From Podarcis cretensis (taxonomy: Eukaryota), in assembly GCA_951804945.1 (NCBI GenBank), contig OX638154.1, forward strand, positions 57,846,001 to 57,910,000: a stretch of 64,000 bases of DNA, read 5' to 3'. Below the pieces are notes generated by a model, which was given only the letters and a program-made list of their open reading frames with translations, did no database searches and was not told where the DNA came from. This document shows positions 11,161 through 23,449 of this stretch, one piece after another (the first letter of the stretch is position 1; each line of letters begins with the position of its first letter). The position numbers and the translations under genes are program-made.

Positions 11161-12487
11161 TCCTTACTGCCCCTTAGTGTATTGGGGGTGTTTCTTTTTG
11201 GAGAAATGCCCTTTATTCCCTTAGGGAAGCCCGCACCCCTCCTCCAACAGGAACTGGCAATCTGGAGCTCTTTCACCTTCCTGTGTAGATTTTACTGCTC
11301 GCTTAATACATTTCTGTGTTGCATCAGTTGCCATGTTTTCATTTTGGAGACCTTGGGGTTTTTTGTTTTGTTCATTGCTTGCAACTGAACGTTCCTTTGT
11401 ATCAAAGGCTGTATATTATCAGATTTGGTTCCTCTGCTGTGCAGAGTTAGTTGTTGTTCACACCATTTTCTTTTTAAGGGCATGGAAACCTACACTTCGG
11501 ATATAATAATAGAATAAGCGTCTGTGAAGCTGCAAAATTCTGAAATAAGGAACATGTCTACTGCTTCCAAAACTAAATGATGTAAATCTCCCCTTCCACA
11601 ACTCCTTGATTTTAATATTCTCAGTATCAATAGAGAATCAATCAGTATCAATCAAATGGAGATGAGACTCCCCTGCAAGAATGTTTTCCTCCATGCTGTG
11701 GTGGATGTTCTTGTTACCCAGTTCTAGCCATTAGTTTTTCTTTTTCCTGGTAGTACTTTTGCTGATTCCACCTCTTTTGTAGATGTACTAAAGGTTCTTT
11801 AGTTCAAGGTTGAAATAAAGACCATTCCTGTTGTGTCTTTCTCTGCTTCTACTAATCTGACCTTCTTTGTACTCTCAGGGTTGAATCCATCATGTGGTTC
11901 TTTTATCACATTCCTTGATAAAACAAATTATGGCTTGTTTCTGAGAACATATTTCTCCTTTTTCAACCCATCAAAGGGATAGAGCTAATGGGGGCCTTGA
12001 GAAAGGAAAGCCTTTCCATTTTCTTCATTGCCAAATGCTCAGCTACTTGTTACTTTCAACCTGCAGGAATTCTGGTTTGCAAAGTATAGGCTGCTGATTA
12101 CGGTAACTTAGTTCTGTTTAGTTCAATTGCAACATGACAACTGGTTATGGGTTAGAGAATAAAATGGCACACCCCAGCTTTAACTTTTCCTGAAGCATGC
12201 ACATGCTACTTGATATGGATTGTCAAATTTTAAAATGAAATGAAAACGAATCTGACAAATATCCCAAAGTAAACACATTGCAGACCAAATTGCTAGGTTT
12301 TTAATAGTTATTTGACTTACGTGTTGCTGCTGGTTGTTAACTCTCTCTGTCCTGGTCTTACACATAGTTGCATCTTTGGGACTTAATAGTGAGCAAAAAC
12401 ATAGATCTAAACAAATGTTTCCATAAATCTCATTTAAGCAGATAAGACATGGGATTGATTGGTCAAGTGTTTGTACCTTTGAAAGTG

Positions 12488-12994
12488 ACCCAGAAACTAC
12501 AACTAATCCAGAATGTGACAGCTACACTGGTGACTGGGGGCGGCCGCTAAGACCACATAACGCCTACACTGGCTCCCAATATGTTTCTGAGCACAATTCA
12601 AAGTGTTAGTGCTGACCTTTAAACCCTAAACGGCCTCAGTCCAGTGTACCTGAAGGAGCGTCTCCACCCCCGTCGTTCTGCCTGGACACAGGTCCAGTGC
12701 AGAGGGCCTTCTGGCAGTTCCCTTGCTGTGAGAAGCCAAGTTACAGGGAACCAGGCAGAGGGCCTTCTCGGTAGTGGCACCCACCCTGTAGAACGCCCTC
12801 CCACCAAATGTCAAAGAGAAGAACAACTACCAGACTTGTAGAAGACATCTGAAGGCAGCCCTGTTTAGGGAAGCTTTTCATGTTTAATAGACTATTGTAT
12901 TTTAATATTCTGTTGGAAGCCGCCCAGAGTGGCTGGGGAAACCCAGCCAGACGGGCGGGGTATAAATAAATTATTATTATTACTATTACTATTA
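12488..12994 (+). mobile_element. L2-type LINE 3' fragment with (ATT)n tail
   Basis: Degenerate ORF2 C-terminus (QKLQLIQN, LHWLPI, QFKVLVLTFK, YLKERL), ending GGGCGGGGTATAAATAAA(TTA)n. Confidence 0.8.
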
Positions 12995-14367
12995 TGGGTG
13001 TGGTATGTAACATAGGAAAGGCTCAATTACTGTATAATTTCATGATTTGATTGATTGCTTCCTCATTTGTGTACTAGGACATAATGCTCAAGTTGGCATT
13101 TCTATAATACAGTAAATGCATATTAGTAGTTTGTATTCTGAGAACAAAAGCATAATGGGTCAATTTTGCTTGCATGTATATGCGTTTTGGATTAGGGCTG
13201 TGTTTTTAGGACCACAAATTACCTTATGCACACTTTTTGGACTCTATGGCTAATATTCAACATTGTGTTGTTATGAACATTCTCTCTGTGCAAGCATGTC
13301 AGCTTGCCAGATGGAACAATTCTCCCCTTGCCTTGCCCTGCACACTACTTTGGGGTTCCCCTGACCCTTCCCAAACTAATTTTAGGGTGTTCTAAGGAGG
13401 AGTGGGGGAAAAACCTTGTGCAGGTGGAAGTCCTTGACAGGGCTTCCAATGATGGAACATGTTAGGTGAATCCCTTCCATCATAAATATTTTCAGAAAAA
13501 GTGAGCTTGCCTTATAGCTTGATAATTCTAGAGTCATATCTCCTCTCAGCTATAAAGGTCACCAGGTAGCCTTGGACAGTAAGTCGCTGTCTCTTAGTGT
13601 CAGTTACACCACAGGATGGTTTATGAGCCACAAAATACTGCTCTGAGCTCCTTAGTGAAAGGGTAGAATATAGATGTAACCAACATGGGTGTAATAGGCA
13701 GCTTCCAAGATTCATTCTTTGTCACATGCTCCCAACTTCCTGATATATACTATCATGACTAATAAATGTTATGTAGATGGAAATGCACAGACCAAGATGT
13801 GGCACCATGCAGATAGAGGCAGGCTCAGTTCTCAATAGCTTCTGTAGTTCTGTGAGAAAAAATAAACAGTTCAGTTTGGGATATGGAGGGCAAACATTCC
13901 AGATATGGGGATTGTACTGTCACATGTCAGATTTAGCATGTGTGCATGTACATGCACACTGGTATTCCTAAGTGCATGCCTTTACTTTCTCTCATGAGCA
14001 AATGGCAGCTGCTCATTCCTGTGTGAAGAAGTAAGTGCTGGGAACCATGATATGGTGACTGCAAAACCAGTTACCAGCTGCAGGGATAGGGGTAGTGTGG
14101 AAAGCGATGTCTCCTCTTCTTGAAGGCAGTCCAGGGGCATGAAGGGGAAGAGCCAACATGATTTCAATGCTTTTACACCCACCCACCCCCTGAGATAGTT
14201 TGAGGAATTGGAAGAGAGGTAACGTATCTTTTATTGATAGGTTGTTTGTGTGTATTCAGATACGGATGCTTGGTATTTTGAAAGACAGTGAAGTAAAATT
14301 TATTAAATAAATCTGAATATGTTATAAGCATTTATGTTGTTTGTATGTATTTTTCAGATAAAGCACG

Positions 14368-14421
14368 ATGAATCAAGAAAAGCTGGCTAAACTTCAGGCG
14401 CAGGTCCGAATAGGTGGAAAG
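14368..14421 (+). CDS. BTF3L4: BTF3L4 coding exon 1 (exon begins 14358)
   Basis: ttttcag|ATAAAGCACG ATG; MNQEKLAKLQAQVRIGGK|gtatg. Confidence 0.97.
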
Positions 14422-14485
14422 GTATGAATGCAAGAATATAACTTCCCCCACTCCATTTATAATTACTGTATGTGTGTAAATAGAA

Positions 14486-14491
<6 letters not shown>

Positions 14492-14542
<51 letters not shown>
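14492..14542. repeat. (TA)n/(CA)n microsatellite
   Basis: About 22 TA units followed by CACACA, abutting the MITE TIR. Confidence 0.95.
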
Positions 14543-14544
<2 letters not shown>

Positions 14545-14768
14545 GTGGTACCTCGGGTTACATACGCTTCAGGTTACAGACTCTGCAAACCCAGAAATAG
14601 TTCTTCAGGTTAAGAACTTTGCTTCAGGATGAGAACAGAAATCGTGCTCCGGCGGCGCGACAGCAGTAGGAGGCCCCATTAGCTAAAGTGGTGCTTCAGG
14701 TTAAGAACAGTTTCAGGTTAAGAACGGACCTCTGGAACGAATTAAGTACTTAACCCGAGGTACCACTG
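14543..14768. mobile_element. Tc1/mariner-type MITE, same family as 8971-9201 in opposite orientation
   Basis: Reverse complement aligns along its length with 8971-9201; same TIRs. Confidence 0.88.
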
Positions 14769-15417
14769 TAATATAAAAGTAATACATATGTAAGTATTTT
14801 CCATAGTTTAGGGGTTTGTAGGGAATGTCTGTTTTCCTCAGACTATTGCCCATTCTGATGTGCTGAGGCTGTTTCTGAGTATATAGCCCTAGTACTGGTG
14901 GCTACATTCTTTCGAGAAGAAAAAGGTTCATGTTATATTCTTGAACTGTTTTCTTAAAAGATGAACATTTTTTTAAACAAAGGCGGCATATTATGTAATT
15001 TTGAATCAGTATAGTTTAGGTGCCGAAGGGGTTGTTACTGGCATTTTGATACACAAGGCTGAAAAGAGGAAGGGCTGCAGAAATGGAATTGGTCCTTGCA
15101 GCAGGAGGTGCATTGTGGCCTGCTATTTTGCACCCTCGTGTTGCCTCCTTAATGATCCCCATGAAAACTGTCACTGAATCAAGCCTCCCTTCCTTGGTGG
15201 CAATAAGTGAGAAAATTTGGAGTGGAAAGTTAGAGTAGGATTATACAAACTATACATTAGTGAAACAGGTTCTTGCCTAAAAAAACCCCTCCTACTGCAG
15301 TACATGTGTTACATTTTAAGGTACTTTGAGATTATTTTGTTTTTGATAAGCATTTGTGTAAGATGCATTTTTCTTCCTCTAGGAGCAATGATTTATTTTC
15401 TCCATTCTGTTTTTCAG

Positions 15418-15531
15418 GGCACAGCTCGTAGAAAGAAGAAGGTAGTCCACAGAACAGCCACAGCTGATGATAAAAAGCTTCAGAGTTCACTCAAAAAATT
15501 GGCAGTAAACAATATTGCTGGGATTGAAGAG
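15418..15531 (+). CDS. BTF3L4: BTF3L4 coding exon 2
   Basis: ttttcag|GGC; [38 protein letters not shown]|gtacat; 114 nt. Confidence 0.97.
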
Positions 15532-15948
15532 GTACATCAGTATAAAACATTTTCAGTCATATATACGTGATCTCCCAACTGATCACAGGAATAATGTGAA
15601 ATCTTTCTGATTTAAAATGGGATTATCAGGGGGGGAAACATGGGGCCTGTGGGCCAAGTCAGACCAGCTAAAGTGCCTGACCTCTGGCAACCTTACCTCA
15701 TTTTAAATGAGGTGTGGCTCAGAGTTTGTTGTGATTTCAGTGTGTGTGTGCATTGTGTGAGAGATCCTTTAATAAGACGTCTTTTGGAGTTTCATGCATG
15801 ATTTCCCTTGTATAACTGAGGACATTTGTTCCATAACTTTGTGTGGGATGGTGCAGATATTACAGAGTCCCATGGAAGGGGCAGTTCGTGTGACAAAATA
15901 CTCCACTTCTATCTTTCCTACCTTGCTCTCTCAAGATTCAACTTGGCA

Positions 15949-16031
15949 TCTGATAAAGTAGGCTGTTGGCTATGAAAGCTCATGCCAATTTGCAATAAAA
16001 AGCTTACTAAGAAGTAATCTCAAGGTGCTAT
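15949..16031 (+). mobile_element. Penelope-like element terminal fragment
   Basis: CTGATAAAGTAGGCT...ATGAAAGCTCATGC...AATAAA...TCTCAAGGTGCTA resembles reptile Penelope termini (degenerate CTGATGA...CGAAA hammerhead core). Confidence 0.5.
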
Positions 16032-16039
16032 CAAATATG

Positions 16040-16043
<4 letters not shown>

Positions 16044-16091
<48 letters not shown>
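16044..16091. repeat. (TAA)n microsatellite
   Basis: About 16 perfect units. Confidence 0.95.
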
Positions 16092-16092
<1 letters not shown>

Positions 16093-16744
16093 CTAGCACA
16101 ACTTCCATATTACATAAATCAGGGTATTTTTATTATGAGAATGAGCAGTAGAAAGTATTGGGCTCACATGCAGCCTCCTTTGCTCCACCCCCCCCCCAAT
16201 CCCCTTGTTCTAATATGAGGGAAGAGTAGAAGTGTCCTGTTCTGGCTTGCAGCAAATTGTGGTTTGTCCTCAAAACAAGGAGACACACAAACCATGGTTT
16301 ATCTTCACCTCCTGCTCTGCTTTTGGGATCTTCACTTGACAGCACACTACGGGTTGCTGCAATCTAGAAGCAGAAGCTTTACTCTCATCTCATGTATGAA
16401 ATAAGAGAGAAGGGTTGGAGGGCATCTGCAAGCCTGACGATTGGCACTGCTCGTTCTCTAAAGGACAAACTGTGTTTTGGCATTATGTCTGAATTAAGAT
16501 ACACACAAGATGCAAAGTTTTAATTGGAAAACACAAGTCAGATTGTTGCTTAACTGTGATCCTGGGCACATTTACTTGGAAACAAGTACCTTTGAAACAA
16601 AAGGTTTTATTCTAAGTAACTTTACGTCCCTTTTCTAAAGGCATTTTGTATGAAAGTAACTGCGAGTCTTCTAGATGAGTAAGTAGAACCTTTTTGCTCC
16701 ACTATCTACATGTGGAAATAGTATTATGTGGAATGGTATTATAT

Positions 16745-16860
16745 TTGTTTACTATATTACATTTTTCCCCAAAGCAGCATGCATAGAGTTTCCAGGCAGT
16801 CTTCCATCTAGAAACTGGCTGGATCCAGACCTGCTTAGCTTCAGCAGGGTCCAGGCTATG
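16745..16860 (-). mobile_element. 5S rRNA-derived SINE fragment
   Basis: Reverse strand GAAGCTAAGCAGG-TCTGGATCCAGCCAGTTTCTAGATGGAAGACTGCCTGGAAA matches the 5S internal control region; the 5' half of 5S is absent. Confidence 0.6.
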
Positions 16861-18071
16861 ATAGGGAGCCATTCCTTCCACTAGGCAAGTTGCTTTAAGC
16901 AGATATTTGAGAGAGCAGGGAAACAGCTGCTATCTTGCTGTAACAAGTCTTGTTATTGTGTTGAGTGTTTTGGCCCACTTCCAGAGGACAGCCCTGTTCT
17001 ATAGTGGTCACAATGTTCTGAAGAGGACATGATGGGCCTCAATATGGACTGGAGAAAGAGTATGGGTGGCACTTGGACATGTGTCTATATAGGAGCAATA
17101 AATAGGCGCATTAAACAAAGGGCAGAGTGGAGTGCTATCCAGGGGACACCCATCATTTAAACCAATTTGAAAGTCATAGTTTCTCCAGAATTGTAGTTTT
17201 GTAGATCCTCAGAGCTCTTTGTTATTTTTGTGAGAAAGCTGAGGATATATCAGTGCAATGGCATAGCTCAGTCTTTCACAATGATCATGCGCTTTTTCAG
17301 ATAAAAACCAAATACACAACATTTCTGGACTAATATATAGTGCTCATTTTCAGACATTGCTGTGCACATGCATATCTGATTGAGCATGGCATAACACACC
17401 CATAGTATAATTGTGCGCTTTTTAAAAAATAGCACCAAGTTTACACCATCTGTGGACCAATAAATAATGATCACTTATATAAAGTGCAGAATTTTTTGAC
17501 TATTCCACTGTATTATATTACTTTCCAGACTTCTTTGCAATGGAGGGAAAGCAAGGGCAGTTAAAACATGTTTGAAACAAGTTTATTTTTGTATTGTAAA
17601 GATGCCTAATGCCTATATGCCTTATGTTTCTTAGCTTTGAAGTGTAATAGTTTATTTTAGATGTACAAAAGTGATATTTACATCAAAATTCCAGAGTATG
17701 AGAGCTGTGCCTCTCATTTCTTTTTTTATCTTGAGAAATGTTACTTTCCTTTCATATTGTTTTTGGAACTGGCATGACTTAGTTAAATGCTTAGGACGCT
17801 GATACTTCAGTTATGTGTTAATCTGAATTCTTACTGCTTTACAAAATCTTACACTTTCAACTGATGTAATTTTAAATTATATACATTGATGATAGTGTTT
17901 ATAAATCTGTTTTACAGTTAGTCAGGCCTAAAATTGGGTGTTCAACTCCTTAGAGTGGATGCTAACTATTACAAAATAAAAAAATATTGGTGGTTCTTTT
18001 CTTCCTTTATAGTACTTTTAAAAAATATTAATTAAGATGAATGAATTTTAATAGATCTATGTTTAAAACAG

Positions 18072-18273
18072 GTGAATATGATAAAAGATGATGGAACAGT
18101 TATTCATTTCAACAATCCCAAGGTCCAGGCTTCGCTTTCTGCAAATACATTTGCAATTACTGGTCATGCTGAAGCTAAACCAATTACGGAAATGCTGCCT
18201 GGCATCTTAAGCCAGCTGGGTGCTGACAGCTTAACAAGTCTCAGAAAGTTAGCTGAACAGTTCCCAAGGCAAG
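18072..18273 (+). CDS. BTF3L4: BTF3L4 coding exon 3 (NAC domain)
   Basis: aaacag|GTG AAT ATG; [34 protein letters not shown]...FPRQ-G|gtagg; 202 nt. Confidence 0.97.
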
Positions 18274-18465
18274 GTAGGTATCCCTGTCTGAGACATGGAG
18301 CTGGTTTTTTTCAGCTGTGTTTGTTTGCATAAAATTCCTGATCAATAGTAAGGGTCAGCTTTTCTTACTCTGAGTAGCTTTTCTTGTGCACAGGACTTTC
18401 TGCTTTTTATTCCACCCTCCCCCATGCATTCCTAACTTCACTAGAGCATTTCTAATAGTATAGAA

Positions 18466-18572
18466 CAGGGACGTCCAACTCCTAAGAGACTGCGATCTAC
18501 TCACAGAATAAAAAACTGGCAGTGATCTACCCCTTGGGGGAGTTCAGGTCAAAGTTGTTGAGCTTTTTTTAG
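18466..18572. mobile_element. Fragment of the same hAT family as 40470-40650
   Basis: Shares AAGAGACTGCGATCTACTC...AAACTGGCAGTGATCTACCC...GTTGAGCTTTTTT. Confidence 0.7.
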
Positions 18573-19879
18573 GGCTCCATCTTCCTTTCCAGTGGAAATG
18601 GGGGGGGGGGGCAATTCTGAACTCTGCAATTCTGTGCATGTTTATTTAGAAGTCCCACTGTGTTTAGTGGACCTTGTGGATAGATAAGTATGCATAGGAT
18701 TACAGCATTTACTTAATATCAAGTTTTCCATAATTTCCTTATTATTGTTAATAATAATATTGTTGTAGTTTATTATTATTTGTACCCCACCCTTCACCCA
18801 TAGATCTCAGGGCAGTTCAAACATAAAAATACAAGATAAAAACATAACATAAATAATAGATACAAGAACAAAAAAAAAAAAAACCCAAACCAATAAATCC
18901 ACCACCCCCTCCCTTACTTTCCTCATTAGTAATAACTATATGGATACCTTGTATTGCTTTGTCCTTTCCCCACACCATTAACTAAAGGCTTCTAAATGTG
19001 GGAAATGCTTTGAAAATTGCATTAACTAACATAGCTATGTGAATGTACTTTGGAGCACCATGAACAGAATGTTGTAACGGAAGGAGAACATGAAGGTTTG
19101 GGGTATAACCTGAGTGTTGAACTTGTGTCTGATTAAAAACAGTATAATAATTGTCAGTCTGATTAAAGACTTAACAACACAATCCTGTGCCTGCCTACTC
19201 AGAAGTAAGTCCAGTTGACATGAGTGGGACTTGCTCCCAGATACATGTATAAAGGGACCTATCACAGATGCTGCTTTTCAAGAGCTCAGGGTGGCAAGCA
19301 TTGTAAACCCTATTTTGTCCTCATAGCAATCTTATAGGGAAAGTTAGGCTGAAAGATAGTGACTTCCCTTGGGGCCATTTAATGAGTTTCATGACAGGGT
19401 ACATTGAAAGGTAAACAGAGTTCTCTTTTTTATTATTTTGATTTATTAGATTTATATACAGTACTGCCCTTCATCATAAGGTATCAGGGTGCTTCACAGA
19501 ATAAAATCATGAAGGCAGTTCCTTTATCACTTGACACTTGTACAGAGCAATGGAAGCTATTATAAAAATATTACCCTGATAGAAGAACAAAAAACCCCAC
19601 CATGTTGGTTACATGGTTATGGATTTTCTCACATACTTCTATTTGAATTATCTCTATATTAGTGAAACTTTCCTCAGTTTTTTGTATTGCAGCCTCACAG
19701 CCCAATCCAAAGACTTGCTCCATTGGCATTTAGGATGGGAAGTACTAAAACCTACATCAGCATAGACTGTAAAGATTTTACACCGAGAAAGCATACTGGG
19801 TAGACTGTTACATGGAAATGTTGTAAGATGTAGGGTATAATTCAGGAGAGATGCTTGCTGCTTGACTAAATTGGAGATA

Positions 19880-20089
19880 CAGTGGAACCTTGGGTTTCGA
19901 TCGTCTCCACTGACAAATGTATCAGAAGCCGAACGCCGAAAACCCGGAAATAAATGCTTCCGTTTTCAAACGTGCCTTGGAAGTTGAACTTCCGAAACGG
20001 CAGCTTGTTTGAGTTTTCAGTTTTCAAACATTTCAGAAGTCTTAACAGTCTCCCGGAATGGATTACGTTCGAAAACCGAGGTTCCAGTG
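19880..20089. mobile_element. Tc1/mariner-type MITE (diverged)
   Basis: TA|CAGTGGAACCTTGGGTTTCGA...TCGAAAACCGAGGTTCCAGTG|TA. Confidence 0.78.
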
Positions 20090-20448
20090 TAATATTCTAT
20101 GTATTGGTCATTTTGTGTTAAATATCACAGGGTATATGGCATCACCAGTTGTGTCTGCTGCACTACTTATAAAGAGGTTTTATTCAGTCAGAACCAGTAA
20201 TTGTTGTCTATAAACATTTGAGTGATAACTTCATAGAAGTTTGCAAAAATAATGATTCTTGTAAATTTCTGCTTGTAATTTATTAATTTTCCACTGCCAC
20301 TGTTTGCATAAAACCTATTTTATTTGCAAAGTTGCGCTTCTTTTTTGTGCTGTAAACTGTGACCCTTTCCTTATGCATGCTGAATTGGTTTCTTAAATTG
20401 ATAGAATTTTGTTAATTACTATATCAATAATTGTATTTTTTTTTCTAG

Positions 20449-20508
20449 TGTTGGATAGCAAAGTACCAAAATCAGAAGATATTGATGAAGAAGATGATGA
20501 CGTTCCTG
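20449..20508 (+). CDS. BTF3L4: BTF3L4 coding exon 4
   Basis: tttctag|TG TTG; VLDSKVPKSEDIDEEDDDVP-G|gtaag; 60 nt. Confidence 0.96.
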
Positions 20509-21566
20509 GTAAGATTATTCTACTTAACCTTTAAATTATTTACCATGTATCTGCTTGACTGAGCACGTGACAATGTTTTTGTTAATTTGAGAATCTACTT
20601 GGTGGGCTAATCACAGATACAAAGGGAAAGTGCTTCATAAGAATTGCATGCTGGAGCACATAACTGTCACAGGACCGACCCCAGGAAACCACAAGCTTTT
20701 GCAGAAGGATTTGTATCTGCTGCTATGCCTTTGGTTCCTAGAGACTTAGGCACCTCTCAGATGGGGTGAGAAACTTAACTAGTGGATTCTGTGAGGGAAT
20801 AATATTTTAAGAACAAGCAGAAAAAGAGGTTTACTGTAATGAATAGGAGGGCTATTAATGGTTGTATCTGTGTTGTATAATCTGTCTTTCAAAATCCTTT
20901 TAAATATTGCTCGCTACATAAATTAAATGTTGAGTTGAGTTTGAGTCATTTAGCCCCTCAATTTTTTAGAAGGGTCTTACACAAGATTGCAATAATTTTG
21001 CAAATAGGTCTAGATTTCATGAAGTCTAGATTTCATCGTTGGTGAACATTTGAGAAATTAATATGAGGCAAAATACAGGTTGCATTTGTTGATTGCAGCT
21101 CAGAGGTCAATTGTCTATAAGCCATAGTTGTTATCATCCTGATTTGATTAGGGGTTGCAGTCCCATGCACCCTGACATGGGAGTGAGCTCTGTTGTACAC
21201 GGGGGGGGGGGGGGGGCCTTACGTCCTCGTAAGCAAGCATAGGATTGTATTATAGATCATTTTTGTTTAATGCCTACATGTTTGCTGGCATAACAACAGA
21301 CATTAGTCTAGGAGCTGCCATGTTGCCTGATAGCAGGCATAGGGAGAGACTAACAGAACTATTTTTCCAGTGCTGACCAGATGTAATTGTAAGTCACCCC
21401 ATAGAAATACTAAGGCCTAGTCACCATTGAACAAAAGATAAAAATGATGTAGGAATAATGTTCATTATACCATAGTCTTTTAGATAAAAAATTCATTTTA
21501 ATAAAAAACATTTCTCTTTGGCTCTCCTATTGAATGTTACTGTATTATACTTTCCATGTTTTTCAG

Positions 21567-21613
21567 ATCTTGTAGAAAACTTCGATGAAGCATCAAAAAA
21601 TGAAGCTAATTAA
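21567..21613 (+). CDS. BTF3L4: BTF3L4 terminal coding exon
   Basis: tttcag|AT CTT; DLVENFDEASKNEAN then TAA at 21611-21613. Confidence 0.97.
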
Positions 21614-23443
21614 TTCATTAATAGTTCTGGAAGTTGACATGGACTAGATTTAAGAAATCAGCTGTGTGGTTCCAAAGTTTTACAGAAACAGTGAACATTA
21701 CCCGTTTAATAGTTCAATAATATAAAATATTTTGTATTTTAATTATGCTGCTTGTTCAGCAATTCCTGTTGGTTGATTTTTGCATTTTGCACTTACTCCC
21801 AGGATCTACCTTTTCAGTTAAGGAAAAAAACAAATAATACATTTTCAGTGCAGATTAAGGGGTGTGTGCATGTGTGTGTATGTGTGTATGTGGCTTTGCG
21901 TACAGTGGAGAGGAAATCGGTGAACAGATCTATTCGACTTTCCCTTCCCCCTTGAAAGTAGAAATAAAATGAGTCTTTAACTTGGTTAAAGGAACCTTTA
22001 TTGTTGCAACCAAACAGTTCACATACAATAGTGATAACTTAAGTCTTGCTTTTCTACATTTCATGAACTCCAGAAACCATTTACTAATTAACATTTGAGT
22101 TTAATTTTCTTCATTAACTATTGTATTTACATTTGTATTTCTCTTCCATATTCACAGTGTATATGTGCAGTTTCCTACCAGCCTCCTTTTGATTCTAAAT
22201 TGTACCAAAGACAGGGTATTAATTAACAAACATGTTTGTTGCAACATTTTAAAAAATATATATATACTTAAGAGCTTGGTTTTCCCCATCCCTTTTAAAA
22301 CCCTTCGCTCATTCACCTTAATATTTAACTTGGGTTGCATTCACATGTTATGGAGTAATCTGCTTTGCCTTGGATAAACAGCCTATTCTGTGAAGTCCTG
22401 CCTGTTTATGCCGAGGAAGTGTCAACCCTGCTCTTACGGCATAATTTTTGTAAAAATCTGTAAGAAGCCTGATTATATTCTTGCTCTGGGTTTCTGGGAG
22501 AAGATAAGAATGTCCTAGACTTTGATAAAGGTTGGAGGCTACAGTCTACTCAAGTGCTGAATCAAATGCCTTGGTAGCTTCTCTTTGGTACAATTAGCTG
22601 TTTTTCAAACACACCTCTCTTCAAAGCATTGAATGCTGTTTGACCCTTTTCATCTCAGATAAGCAGTGCCTCTGGGCATATTTTCCAGTGGTGTTGCTTA
22701 CTTTTAGAGGAGTCTGTTTCATATCCTGTTTTTCAGTAGGTGATAGTGCATCATGGTGCACTGTAAAATAATTTTATTGGAAGAGGTAAAACTGTTGCGG
22801 ATGTTACCAGACAGCTCCCAAGAGCGTATGACCCACTGTCATATTTCAGGACACTAGAATCTGGAAGTGTAGTTTGGATTATACAGAACGGACAAGGAAA
22901 GTGCCATTGCTTGTATTGTGTTGTGTTTTGCATAAATTGTCCAGCAACAGGCTTAAAACATTAATTTTGAGGTTTGAAACCTGTTATCTGCAACCTACTT
23001 TGGGTGGATACAATGGTTACGGTCACTTTTGAAAACAAAAGCCCTCCTCTGGTGGCGCAGAGGATAGTGGCTATATCACAGGTACAGTGCAGTATTTTCT
23101 GAACCTTCCTTCAAACTGCTCAATGTGAAGCTCTTCCTAGCAGTTCTTCAAAGGTGATTGGTGTAATGCAGTTGAGCATCGTTTTAACCTTTGTCAAGGG
23201 CAGCTGCGGCGCAGGAAAGCCATCTTTCTTACCTTTCTTTGGTGTACTTTTGAGACATATCTGCTTTCTGTGTATATACACCCAGCGACTATAAAGTTTG
23301 AGGCTATCAGTATGTCAGCATTCTAGTGACATCAAGCTGAACCACGAAAGCAGAGCTTTTAGTGGTTTGTCACCTGGACTGCTCACTTGATTTTATAGAT
23401 TTGTTTGGTTTTCTTGTTCTATTTTATATAAAACGTGGATCTT

Positions 23444-23449
23444 AATAAA
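23444..23449 (+). terminator. Candidate distal BTF3L4 poly(A) signal (a proximal AATAAA is at 21963-21968)
   Basis: AATAAA preceded by U-rich sequence and followed by the GU-rich TGTTCCCTCTTGTGTGTT. Confidence 0.55.

Larger units (their letters stand above)
14368..21613 (+). other. BTF3L4: BTF3L4 gene, complete coding span; join(14368-14421, 15418-15531, 18072-18273, 20449-20508, 21567-21613), 477 nt, 158 aa
   Basis: Spliced product [158 protein letters not shown] is the NAC-beta paralogue BTF3L4; position between TXNDC12 and ZFYVE9 agrees. Confidence 0.97.

Noticed and set aside
10476-11177. Overlapping 88-167 aa ORFs on both strands
   Set aside because: Stop-poor GC-rich CpG island; Pro/Arg/Gly/Ala low-complexity translations with no family resemblance.
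16780-16850. 5S rRNA gene
   Set aside because: Only a diverged 3' half is present; no 5' half and no proper terminator.
21201-21215. Long G homopolymers (also about 18600 and 62861) as G-quadruplex elements
   Set aside because: Isolated runs in or near repeats, of a length prone to assembly error; no supporting context.
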